IMG/VR virus record: IMGVR_UViG_3300021254_000023
Source of the DNA: an uncultured virus (IMG/VR IMGVR_UViG_3300021254_000023)
Lineage: Duplodnaviria; Heunggongvirae; Uroviricota; Caudoviricetes
Length of the DNA: 64,000 nucleotides
Direction: 5' to 3' (one strand)
Positions 1-9,095 of this stretch are shown here, one piece after another (the stretch's first letter is position 1; each line of letters starts with the position of its first letter). The notes below the pieces were generated by a model. It was not told where the DNA came from. It made no database searches and saw only the letters and a program-made list of their open reading frames with translations. Position numbers and translations under genes: made by a program.

Positions 1-351
1 ACAGTGAATGCAGCCATCAAGAAAGTCGAGACTAAAGTAGATAATCTTGATACTGCTAGTCCATTTGAATATGCTACCAACCACGAATCTACCAAGTCTA
101 CTGTATTGAAGGGTGAGAACCTGACAGCTCAAAATGAGGGTGAGGTTGCCATCGGTAAATGGAATCACTCAGAAACTGGTGCATCTGGTTCTGCTAAGAC
201 GGCATTCTCTGTTGGTAACGGTACTCAGGGTGCTCTTTCTAATGCATTTGAAGTTCGTGAAAATGGTGATATTTGGATCAATATGGGAAACAACTATCAA
301 ACACTTCAAAGCATTCTTAGTAACGAGATTGACTGGTACTACGGAGACTAA
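1..351 (+). CDS. C-terminal part of tail-fibre/adhesin-like protein (5' truncated by window)
   Basis: Frame open from base 1; AFSVGNG..SNAFEV motif seen in Bacteroidota phage fibre/adhesin ends; precedes fibre gene. Confidence 0.5.
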   Translation, partial: TVNAAIKKVETKVDNLDTASPFEYATNHESTKSTVLKGENLTAQNEGEVAIGKWNHSETGASGSAKTAFSVGNGTQGALSNAFEVRENGDIWINMGNNYQTLQSILSNEIDWYYGD

Positions 352-416
352 TCTATATATGGTGTGTAGAGGAGACTAATCCTCTCCCTACCACCTTTTC
401 TATAAAACAGTAACAA

Positions 417-2000
417 ATGGCAAGTGAACTTATTCCTAATAAATTTATATGCTACCAGACTGAGGCTGCGTTTCTCGTAGACAAAAACGCTGGTTATATC
501 TCGAATAGATCTATTGCATTTGTTCTTGACAAAGAGTATATTTACTTTAGTGGAAAGACCTTTTCTGGTGGTCTAGACCAATCTGCAGTTGAAGCACTTA
601 TTCCCTCGTCTCTACCTGATCCGAATTCATTAACGGTTCAGCAAAATGCTACCAACGTACTTACGTTCAACGGTTCCGCTGCACAGACACTTAATTTTAA
701 AGATGGTACTAATGTAACCATAACTGAGGACGCTAACGGAAATATTGTTATTTCTGCAACAGATACTACATATACTAATATGTCAGCTGACGCAGGAAAA
801 ACTGGGATCGATACTACGGGAAGACTGATTAGTGCTGCTACTTTAAAAGCTATTATTGATGATCGTGGTTATATAACTACTTCTGCTTTAAGTGGTTACC
901 TACAGAGTGGAGATGTTTCGGTTAGTAAGAGTGGACAAACCCTGACCGTCACTGTTGGTTCTACCAGTGAATCGCTTACTAATACTACCTATGATACTAT
1001 GACTACGGCGGAAGGAACAACTGGCACAGGAACATCCCCTCGTGTCATTACCCCTGCCGTTCTCAAAGCTATTATAGATGATAGAGGATTCTTAACATCC
1101 CACCAATCGTTAGCTGGTTATGCACAAGAAGCCAATCAAAGTGTTTCTAAGTCAGGACAAACACTGACAGTTAAAATAAATGGAACCACAGAGTCCTTAA
1201 CTAACACAGATACTTCCGTTACTTCTGCAGCCAATCACTACACACCATCGAAGAATAGTGATTCGACTCTTACTGCATCTGGTGGAGAAGTGGCTGGTGT
1301 AGGAACAGAGGTTCAGGTAATTACAGGAATAGAGCGTGATGCAAAAGGACACGTGACCGGTATTACAAGTGCTGGTGTAAAAAATACTAATACTGTTTAT
1401 ACTCACCCAACTTTTACAGCTATTACGGGTAGTCCTACAGCAAATCAATCTCCTGGATTCGGTGGTACATTTACTGTTAATCAGGTTAGTCGAAACACTG
1501 AAGGTCACGTATCGGGAATCACAGAACGTACTATCACCATCCCCTCTGCCACAGCTACTACCTCAGCTGCGGGTCTTATGTCTAGTGACGATAAAACAAA
1601 ACTAAACGGTATTGCTGAGGGGGCTCAAGTTAATTCGATAACTGGTGTAAAGGGTAATGCAGAATCCACTTATCGGACAGGTCAAGTCAATATAACTGCT
1701 GCTAACATAGGATTAGGTAACGTTAATAATACAAGTGACGCCAATAAGCCAGTCTCAACAGCTATGAAGGCTGCCCTCGACCTTAAAGTAGATAAAGCAA
1801 CTTTAGATATCTGGGAAGAAACAACTGCAGCAGCTATTAACGATATCCTAGCTGATCCGTTCTCTGAAGTATATAAAGCTATTGATGAATTTAAAGATAA
1901 CTACTATACTGCAGAGGATGTATATGCAGCCGGTCTTAACGATCTGAGGGCCATGATTCTAAACTTACAAGAACAAATAAATAAATTGAAAACAACATGA
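417..2000 (+). CDS. Tail fibre / virion structural protein
   Basis: Thr/Ser/Gly-rich; AAGLMSSDDKTKLNGI and IGLGNVNNTSDANKPVS fibre motifs; internal ~74-aa tandem repeat; C-terminal coiled coil. Confidence 0.75.
   Translation: MASELIPNKFICYQTEAAFLVDKNAGYISNRSIAFVLDKEYIYFSGKTFSGGLDQSAVEALIPSSLPDPNSLTVQQNATNVLTFNGSAAQTLNFKDGTNVTITEDANGNIVISATDTTYTNMSADAGKTGIDTTGRLISAATLKAIIDDRGYITTSALSGYLQSGDVSVSKSGQTLTVTVGSTSESLTNTTYDTMTTAEGTTGTGTSPRVITPAVLKAIIDDRGFLTSHQSLAGYAQEANQSVSKSGQTLTVKINGTTESLTNTDTSVTSAANHYTPSKNSDSTLTASGGEVAGVGTEVQVITGIERDAKGHVTGITSAGVKNTNTVYTHPTFTAITGSPTANQSPGFGGTFTVNQVSRNTEGHVSGITERTITIPSATATTSAAGLMSSDDKTKLNGIAEGAQVNSITGVKGNAESTYRTGQVNITAANIGLGNVNNTSDANKPVSTAMKAALDLKVDKATLDIWEETTAAAINDILADPFSEVYKAIDEFKDNYYTAEDVYAAGLNDLRAMILNLQEQINKLKTT
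765..1210 (+). repeat. Two-copy tandem repeat (~74 aa) inside tail fibre
   Basis: LKAIIDDRG...SVSKSGQTLTV...ESLTNT occurs twice; boundaries approximate. Confidence 0.85.
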
Positions 2001-2587
2001 TAAATAATTATAGAGTAGATATGTCGTCTCAGCCTCAGCCAGACGTTCTTCGTATCTCTGGAAATTCGTCCAAAACAGTTTGGAGAGTTTACTTTGATAG
2101 AGAAGAGGTTGAGTCAGAGCAGACTCGTGGTGAAGGTGAAGAGCCAGAAATTACGATCCAATATCGCGCTAAGTTTATTGAAGTTACTTTAGCCTCTAAC
2201 GTTACTCCTGTTCCTATTGATATTCTCAGAGCCGAAGTAATTAAAGAGATTAATGCATATGACGTTTCCCCCAGTGTAAACGGTTTTAAACTTAATGATG
2301 CTCTTGTTTGGCTTGATAAGGATACTCGTGTGGGTCTTATGAACTCTACGACTATTCAAAAAGCAGCTGGCTTAGAGGAAACCGTACTTTGGCTTGGGGA
2401 AACACCTCTTCGTATTAACTGTGACTTAGCTATTCAATTACTGTCTGCGCTGGAGCTTTATGCCCTGGAGTGCTTTAATAAGACAGCAGAGCATAGAAAA
2501 AATGTCCTTGCATTAGAGACCATTGACGAGATACTGGCCTACAACTATACGCAAGGATATCCTGAGATGCTCGACATGCACGTATAA
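1997..2587 (+). CDS. DUF4376-like tail fibre-associated protein
   Basis: WLDKDTRVGL...LELYALECFNKTAEH...YNYTQGYP pattern; follows fibre gene with ATGA overlap. Confidence 0.65.
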   Translation: MINNYRVDMSSQPQPDVLRISGNSSKTVWRVYFDREEVESEQTRGEGEEPEITIQYRAKFIEVTLASNVTPVPIDILRAEVIKEINAYDVSPSVNGFKLNDALVWLDKDTRVGLMNSTTIQKAAGLEETVLWLGETPLRINCDLAIQLLSALELYALECFNKTAEHRKNVLALETIDEILAYNYTQGYPEMLDMHV

Positions 2588-2589
2588 AA

Positions 2590-3099
2590 ATGATTATCGC
2601 TGTGACGTGTTCCCTATTAATCCTGGGAACTTATACTATATGGTTTTGTGTAAAGTATGGCATTCCAGAGAGTCTTTCTCAAAGCTACTACTCAATTCCT
2701 TGGAAACCTTTATGGACTCTTGTTCTAATGGCGGCTGGATTTCTCGTTCTCCCCGAGTGCATGGAAAGGGCTTCCAACGATTCAACACAAATTATTCCCT
2801 TTATTGGAATTTTTGGTTTGCTCTTAGTAGCAGCTGCACCCAGAGTAAGGGATCATGAAAGAACTATACACATAATAGGTGCCTCAGTGGCGGGAATATT
2901 CTCACAGTTATGGGTAATCTTGTATGGGAAACCGTGGACTTTATGTGTATGGTTTTTAGTGCTCGGACTATTTCTAATCGGGCACGTACAAAATAGAGAG
3001 TTAACATTTGGAGAAGTCTTGGATAAGTATAAGATAGTCTTCTGGGGAGAAGTCGCCTGTTTCTTCACATTATATATAAATCTACTATGCTTAAAATAA
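2590..3099 (+). CDS. Multi-pass membrane protein
   Basis: Several hydrophobic segments; GIPESLSQSYY motif. Confidence 0.7.
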   Translation: MIIAVTCSLLILGTYTIWFCVKYGIPESLSQSYYSIPWKPLWTLVLMAAGFLVLPECMERASNDSTQIIPFIGIFGLLLVAAAPRVRDHERTIHIIGASVAGIFSQLWVILYGKPWTLCVWFLVLGLFLIGHVQNRELTFGEVLDKYKIVFWGEVACFFTLYINLLCLK

Positions 3100-3350
3100 T
3101 TGAACGGTGGAAGGGCACGGTCGCTTATTTTCTAGTATGCTTCTTCTTATTCATGCTAGTTTTTGTATGCGTTGCTCCATTCTACCGAGAAAATCCTTGT
3201 ATTCCACGAGCATCCGGCATGATGGCCGTTATGTTTATGAGTATGTGGAAAGAACTTTGGTATGATAAAAAGTACGGTGAGAAAGTAAAGAATTCTTGGG
3301 TCGGCCTCCTTGGGGGTATGATCGGAGCTGCTTTCACGTTTATTCTCTAA
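3087..3350 (+). CDS. Small membrane protein
   Basis: Hydrophobic helices, KELWYD motif, followed by terminator. Confidence 0.55.
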   Translation: MLKIIERWKGTVAYFLVCFFLFMLVFVCVAPFYRENPCIPRASGMMAVMFMSMWKELWYDKKYGEKVKNSWVGLLGGMIGAAFTFIL

Positions 3351-3357
3351 AAATAAA

Positions 3358-3399
3358 GACTCTCTAGGGCTTGTTAAAGGCTCCAGGGAGTCCCTTTTT
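3358..3399 (+). terminator. Intrinsic terminator
   Basis: GACTCTCT/AGGGAGTC stem followed by T-run. Confidence 0.65.
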
Positions 3400-3411
3400 C
3401 TTACTAATGAT

Positions 3412-4236
3412 ATGAAAAAGATATTGATATTACCTGACATACATGGACGTATGTTTTGGAAAGAACCTGAAGTCCAAAAAGCCTGGAGAGAAGTTGATCA
3501 TGTTATATTCCTAGGAGACTACTTAGATCCATATTCATGGGAAAGAATCTCTTGGGAAAATGCTTGGAACAACTTCATAGAAATAACAGAAGCTAAAAAG
3601 AAAGAACCGAAGAAAGTTACACTTCTTCTAGGTAACCATGACTATCACTACGCGTTCTCTGAGATTCTTGGAATGAAAGGTAGTAGGTATAATTGGGAAG
3701 AAGCCCCTAAAGTAACACGCTTTTTTCTTGATAACTTGAATCTATTTCAATTTGCTTGGTCAACGACAAACTCAAAGGGTCTTATCTATCTTTTCACCCA
3801 TGCCGGTGTAGTAGGTGGCTGGATCAAGAGCAATAAACTAGTTCCTCCTGCTTCGACAAGGGTGGCGTCATGGTTAAATAATTTTGTGGCAAACCCAGAC
3901 ACACTTCTCCCTATGATGTGGGATGTTTCTAGAAATAGAGGTGGATATGCTAGATACGGTTCTCCTATTTGGGCTGACTGTGAGGAGCACCACTGGAATA
4001 CATGGAGACAGAAAAAAATATATCAGATTTTCGGACATTCTCAGGGATGTTATCACTGGATAGCTAATGAAAATACTGCCTGTCTCGATTGTAGAAGACC
4101 TTTCATCCTTCTCCCCGAAAGTGGAGTACTGGGTGAACTAGAAACAATAGAAGGTAATAGATATTGGACAAAGGTTATAGAAACATCTGGGCTCCCTACC
4201 GAGGAATGGGTAGCGGCTTGGATTAACGAGATATAA
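3412..4236 (+). CDS. Calcineurin-like metallophosphoesterase
   Basis: DIHG, GDYLD, GNHD, THAG, GHS motifs. Confidence 0.9.
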   Translation: MKKILILPDIHGRMFWKEPEVQKAWREVDHVIFLGDYLDPYSWERISWENAWNNFIEITEAKKKEPKKVTLLLGNHDYHYAFSEILGMKGSRYNWEEAPKVTRFFLDNLNLFQFAWSTTNSKGLIYLFTHAGVVGGWIKSNKLVPPASTRVASWLNNFVANPDTLLPMMWDVSRNRGGYARYGSPIWADCEEHHWNTWRQKKIYQIFGHSQGCYHWIANENTACLDCRRPFILLPESGVLGELETIEGNRYWTKVIETSGLPTEEWVAAWINEI

Positions 4237-4247
4237 AAAAAAGAGAG

Positions 4248-4724
4248 TTAAGTACAAAACTTACTCTCTTTAATTTCCCTTTCAACCTGAGAAGAAAGAA
4301 GTCCTCTATGGTATAAAACAAGGACATATGCTTTTTCTTCTCTATTCGTGTCTAGGATTGAATTTATATCATAAAGATTTACAATCTTTCCTTTTATTTT
4401 AAGAACAGACATATTTCTGTTATAAATAACACTGTCTTCTCCGATTTTATACAAAAGGTCAAATGTAGTAGGATCCCTAAGAGGGAATAGCTCATTTATT
4501 CCAATAACACGGCCTGGACTCTCTAAGAAATGTATCTCTGGGGAATAGAAAAATTTTCTTTTAAACTCGTTATCCTCAGATAGGTAATCATAAAAATCAG
4601 ACCACCCAATTAAAATATCATCCTCAGATTCTCCAATAGTCCATGGACACCCCTTATCATCTAGGTACTTAGTAAATTCGTATCCACTATCTGCTGAAGC
4701 GGCCCTGATTAATACTTTTAACAT
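4248..4724 (-). CDS. Hypothetical protein
   Basis: 158-aa ORF co-oriented with the ATP-grasp gene. Confidence 0.6.
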   Translation of the reverse strand: MLKVLIRAASADSGYEFTKYLDDKGCPWTIGESEDDILIGWSDFYDYLSEDNEFKRKFFYSPEIHFLESPGRVIGINELFPLRDPTTFDLLYKIGEDSVIYNRNMSVLKIKGKIVNLYDINSILDTNREEKAYVLVLYHRGLLSSQVEREIKESKFCT

Positions 4725-5442
4725 AGTCCCAAGCTCTTTTTAACATAAGAGGTAATTTTTGATAATCACTAAAACCATAAAGTCCGCAACTAACAAACTC
4801 ATGAGCTTCCATGACGACGGTCATAATAACACCTTCTTTATTCTTAATGACGGCAAAATCCATTGTTAAGGCAGGACAAGTTAAGCCGGATATCCTAATA
4901 GCCCTTTTTATTTTAGATGGTTCCGGGAAGACAAAAGGATCTCCTGAATACGGCTGACAAGCTATAACCTCACCTCCCCATACAAAACATCTCCACTCTG
5001 ATAAAATATTGAGAGGTAAACGGAATTGATAATCTTGATTAGGGTCAAGAGTAGATAGGTCCGTAACCACACCATTTATACTATCTTTTAAGAAAAGAGT
5101 GGACTTAACATAAAGAGGTGTTGTTGATTTAAATTTTTCAGGTAAATCAGCTACTTTACCTACCCAAGCACCACCCGTCCAAGTATCATTATCAAAGAGG
5201 GGAGTTGGAATATTAATAGGCTTAATATCTATCCCTGAGAATACTTTAACAAACTCAATAGTTCCAACAGGTATCCAATCTAAATCAATAATGTCTCGTT
5301 TAGCCTGAAGCTCCTCTAAAGACATATAGGTAATTGAAAAGGGTTCTTTGCGCCAATTCCAATACTCTTGGGCGCGTTCTAATTCAAAACAAAAATCTAA
5401 TGTAACTTTTCCGTTAATTGTTTGAATAATAAATTTCATCAT
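4687..5442 (-). CDS. ATP-grasp (R2K/DUF4343-like) protein
   Basis: IPVGTIEFV, SEWRCFV, TMDFAV, VMEAH..SCGLYG motifs; start moved to ATG at 5442 next to promoter motif. Confidence 0.75.
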   Translation of the reverse strand: MMKFIIQTINGKVTLDFCFELERAQEYWNWRKEPFSITYMSLEELQAKRDIIDLDWIPVGTIEFVKVFSGIDIKPINIPTPLFDNDTWTGGAWVGKVADLPEKFKSTTPLYVKSTLFLKDSINGVVTDLSTLDPNQDYQFRLPLNILSEWRCFVWGGEVIACQPYSGDPFVFPEPSKIKRAIRISGLTCPALTMDFAVIKNKEGVIMTVVMEAHEFVSCGLYGFSDYQKLPLMLKRAWDYVKSINQGRFSR

Positions 5443-5537
5443 ATCACCTATAAGGTTGTGAGAAAATAAAAGGAGAAAAACTTCTCCTATTTTTTTTAGT
5501 CGCCGTCCTTTCAAAGTCCGGCTCCGCTGTTCATTAC

Positions 5538-6464
5538 TCATTCACAAGAGCTGAAGAAAGGGAACACATGGTACCTGCAATCCAGGTAATCGTAATAGTC
5601 CCAGCGGTCCCAGCGACCACCACTGCCCAGGTACCAAACCGAATCGGCGCTTCGCATGGAGGATGAGTAAAACCAATAACCCCAAGGTATGTTCTCTAAG
5701 CCAAGGGCAAACCTAGTTATATTAATCTCCGCCAAAGACAGGAATGCTTCTTTAAGCTCACCAATGGCCGGTACGTATCCACCAAGCTTTCTAGCTTTCT
5801 CAAAGGCGGGGAACTCTAAGTCAGGGTTTTTAAGTAAAATATCCCTCTGATTTTCCTCACCACTCATGTCACGGTTGGCTTCTTCAAAATTCATATTCTT
5901 GGCCGTATTAATGATTCGTGAAGTACAAAATGCTACGTCCTGGAACCACTCGGTGGAGACTATGTGTTTGCCGACCTTAATACCAATCACACCTTTTCTC
6001 TTCTGACCTTCCTGAACACTTACTATGCTTTTATCCTCTAATAGTACCTCTAATGCAAACTGGGGAACAAGGGACTCTAAAGTCTTAGTGTAGAGTTGTT
6101 CTGTAGCTCGGGAAACAGCGTCTTTAGTAATATGTAATTTCCTCGCGGCTACCTGATTCAGGTCATCTTGTATCCACATTCTCGTTCCTGCTGGGATTGT
6201 GGCCTTGAAAATCTCTCCGCCAGTACCATTCCTTCTAGCTTCGACAGGATTTAGGTAAGCATGTATAGCTCCACCGTTTAAGGAAAACTTATATCCATAT
6301 TCGTCAAAGTTAGGGTCCCCGGAGGGAATAAGATCCTTTCCTAGTGTGACAGGACAACCTTGGTAAGGAGTTTTATATCCGTCTGTGCCTTTCTTTAAGA
6401 CTTTATAAACTGTTATATCTTCTTTTGTTACAAATCCGTTTTTATTTCCGATATATAAACACAT
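5538..6464 (-). CDS. Protein with C-terminal C-type-lectin/DUF1566-like domain; probable DGR target
   Basis: YVPAIGEL...YSSS...VW...RYHVFPF architecture; C-terminal codons almost all NNC/NNT (CGC, GAC, TAT, TAC, GAT, TGC). Confidence 0.65.
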   Translation of the reverse strand: MCLYIGNKNGFVTKEDITVYKVLKKGTDGYKTPYQGCPVTLGKDLIPSGDPNFDEYGYKFSLNGGAIHAYLNPVEARRNGTGGEIFKATIPAGTRMWIQDDLNQVAARKLHITKDAVSRATEQLYTKTLESLVPQFALEVLLEDKSIVSVQEGQKRKGVIGIKVGKHIVSTEWFQDVAFCTSRIINTAKNMNFEEANRDMSGEENQRDILLKNPDLEFPAFEKARKLGGYVPAIGELKEAFLSLAEINITRFALGLENIPWGYWFYSSSMRSADSVWYLGSGGRWDRWDYYDYLDCRYHVFPFFSSCE

Positions 6465-6569
6465 AATTTTTTAGTTTTGTTTGTTTCTGTTAGTAAGGCT
6501 TTGAAAAAGAAAAAGGAAGGAGAGAAAGATATTAAAATCTATTCCCTCCCCAATAATTGGGTGATAATT

Positions 6570-8507
6570 TTAAGAAACTATTTCAAAACCAGCTACTTTT
6601 CTATTCTCTTCTGGTTTCCATATTTGTATAGCTTTAGCAACAAACCATTCCGAAATATCAGTTGCCTTAGCTTTTCTATTTATAGACAACTCGCTATATA
6701 TCTGATTGAGCGTGGACTTAATATCTTTCGAAGAATATCTATATCCTAGCTCAAAAGAAGATTTAACTCTATCCCTGAGGGCCTCAGATTTAGTATCTGC
6801 AACCATTAATTCTTTTAATTCATTGTCTCTATAATGATGGGCTTTACAGGTAGTAGTTCCGAGATATCCATAATAGTCTTTAAATCTAGGATCTCTAATC
6901 TCGAATTCAAGACGTCTTGTTATGTAATCGTTTCCTGAGAAAGAATCTCTAAACTTACAATATAACTCAAGTCGGCCATCAAAAGTAGTATAACTGTTAA
7001 ATTCCTCTAAGAACAGTTCAACATACTCTTCATCTCGATGATGAAAATCCTGTTGTTCGACACTTAAACTCTCATCTTGGAGAGAGCTAATGGCTCGAGT
7101 AACACTAATTCTATCTTGGTAATCTTCTTGAGCGACTTCCCAAGCTCTCTCATGGGCAATTTCAATAAAGTTATTATAGACAGGTCTATCTAGCTTCTCG
7201 GAAATACTCATAAAGTTATCACTATATAGACTCAATCCCTTCTTCAAAAGCTTGGCGTAATACCCTTTATATAATGCGAGGTTTACTCTTCTACCGTCGT
7301 CATCCATGTTATCATAGTAATTCCTCAACAGAGTCTCAGTATCTGCTTTTCTTTGAGCTTGGAGCTTTTCGAAGTCTTCTCGGGTTATCTTATTGCCTTC
7401 TCTAAGAACTTTGTAGAAAATGACTATGTTATTTTTGAATGGATTTTCTCTATCTCTTTGTCTACCAGCTATCTGTGGGAGATCAAGGGAAATATCAACG
7501 GCTAAACACTGAAGATTAGGATCAGCAAAGATATAGGTGGATGCACACTTGCTATAGAAGTCGGCACCTATGTAACAGGTGGAGGTACAGAAAGTAAACA
7601 TCTTATTAGGTTCGTTTTCCATTGGAATCTGACCACGAGTAAAACCAACCTCCTTTAAGGCCTGGATGTTCTTCTCAGTTTCACTACAAAGGATATTGAC
7701 TTCTGAGGGATCAAAATTACCATTTCTTAAGATCCGAGTAATATCCTTGACGGAATTAAAATAGAAAACAGCCTCCTTACTCTGACAAACCTTTCCTTGA
7801 TCATTAACCGTGATAGGGAAATTTCCCTCTCGGTAGTTTTCGATAATTCTCATAGCTTCTTTAGGGAGAGACTTAACTAAACGTCTCTGTATGATCAAGG
7901 TATCAACACTTCCTGATTTACTCCAATCAAGTTGGTAATAGTCTAGGCTAGCAAATTCTGGGATTCTACTTAAGTACTTCTCAAGCATTGGAGTAGCACT
8001 GAGAAAGAGAACATTAGGACATTCGTGAATAGTCTCTAGGAAATTATTCTCAACCCCTGCTTTGAAGTAGGCGTCGACGAAAATTGACTGAAACTCATCC
8101 ACGACAAAGATAAACTGATCTAAAAGATTACGAGACTTTAAGTAATCAACAACATAATGAGTAGAGTCATAGGTAACCATAAACTTAATAGCCTGACCAG
8201 TGGTTAAGCAGGATAGGATATGATTAGCCATGATATCACTTAGTGAGTCTATATCTTTAAAATCCTTTATTTCATTCTTCAGGTAGATAATATTCTTTTC
8301 CTCTTGATGTTTTCTGGCTTTATTTTCCAAGAGCATTTTCCTAGGGGAACAAAGAACAACATGTCTGTTATTAGTCAAACATAATTCGGTGTAACCACAT
8401 CCGGTCACACCTTTATCAACAATACATTGCCCACTCGGTAATTCATAATCACTCCATTCGGAAATATATCTAGTTCCAAAGGGAACTGTCATTGGAATTA
8501 TATTCAT
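6570..8507 (-). CDS. SF2 helicase-like protein (copy 1), degenerate Walker A
   Basis: TGCGYT, VDEFQ, LSATP, FYFNSV, YIGADF, QIAGRQR motifs; basic C-terminal tail (RKAKATDISEWF). Confidence 0.75.
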   Translation of the reverse strand: MNIIPMTVPFGTRYISEWSDYELPSGQCIVDKGVTGCGYTELCLTNNRHVVLCSPRKMLLENKARKHQEEKNIIYLKNEIKDFKDIDSLSDIMANHILSCLTTGQAIKFMVTYDSTHYVVDYLKSRNLLDQFIFVVDEFQSIFVDAYFKAGVENNFLETIHECPNVLFLSATPMLEKYLSRIPEFASLDYYQLDWSKSGSVDTLIIQRRLVKSLPKEAMRIIENYREGNFPITVNDQGKVCQSKEAVFYFNSVKDITRILRNGNFDPSEVNILCSETEKNIQALKEVGFTRGQIPMENEPNKMFTFCTSTCYIGADFYSKCASTYIFADPNLQCLAVDISLDLPQIAGRQRDRENPFKNNIVIFYKVLREGNKITREDFEKLQAQRKADTETLLRNYYDNMDDDGRRVNLALYKGYYAKLLKKGLSLYSDNFMSISEKLDRPVYNNFIEIAHERAWEVAQEDYQDRISVTRAISSLQDESLSVEQQDFHHRDEEYVELFLEEFNSYTTFDGRLELYCKFRDSFSGNDYITRRLEFEIRDPRFKDYYGYLGTTTCKAHHYRDNELKELMVADTKSEALRDRVKSSFELGYRYSSKDIKSTLNQIYSELSINRKAKATDISEWFVAKAIQIWKPEENRKVAGFEIVS

Positions 8508-8706
8508 TGTATAATTTTAATTTTCTTCTCCTTTCACAGGTAAAGGTTTCAAGTCGTCCCGAGCGCAAAACTTGCATTTCACGCTCGCGCGAAGAGGGAT
8601 CTAAGCAGAGATATTTTTTCAATACCTCCGAAAAATTTTCCCAACAAACGTATTCTCTCTATATAGTATCCATTTCATAAAAAAATTCGTAGTTAAATAT
8701 ATTTTC

Positions 8707-9057
8707 TTTTCCATATTTCTTTGACATTTTGTGTATTCCCTATATATATCATCAGAATTCAGAAAAAATATGGAAAAACTTTTCTCTTCTCCGCCTCGCC
8801 TAAGCTCGGCTCCGAAAATCCCTATAGTATCCAACTGGGATTGGCCGAAGGCCTTTTCCTTTCGACATCCCGGGCGCGAGGACGAGTGATAACGAGGACG
8901 AAGTTGGCGCGGTGGGCGGGATGTCGGTACACTTGTCTTCTTTATTTCTCCTTACATCCGTCTTAGCCCCACAAAAATTAGACATCCTTGTTTCTTGGTG
9001 TCATTTTTCCATATCACCTTAGTAGGAATTAGGAATTTTGTCAAAAACGGACACCAA
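8707..9057. promoter_or_regulatory. Structured non-coding element 1 (hairpin - GC core - hairpin), origin-like
   Basis: IRs 8707-8718/8766-8777, 8863-8872/8917-8926 and 8995-9002/9050-9057; 21-mer at 8780-8800 identical (reverse complement) to 49584-49604. Confidence 0.65.
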
Positions 9058-9095
9058 ATTCCGCAAATCCCCGACATTAACCCCTTACCTATGAT

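Noticed and set aside
8492..8985. Short ORFs in the 8.5-9.0 kb gap
   Set aside because: They overlap each other and the inverted repeats and lack protein-like composition; the region is better explained as non-coding
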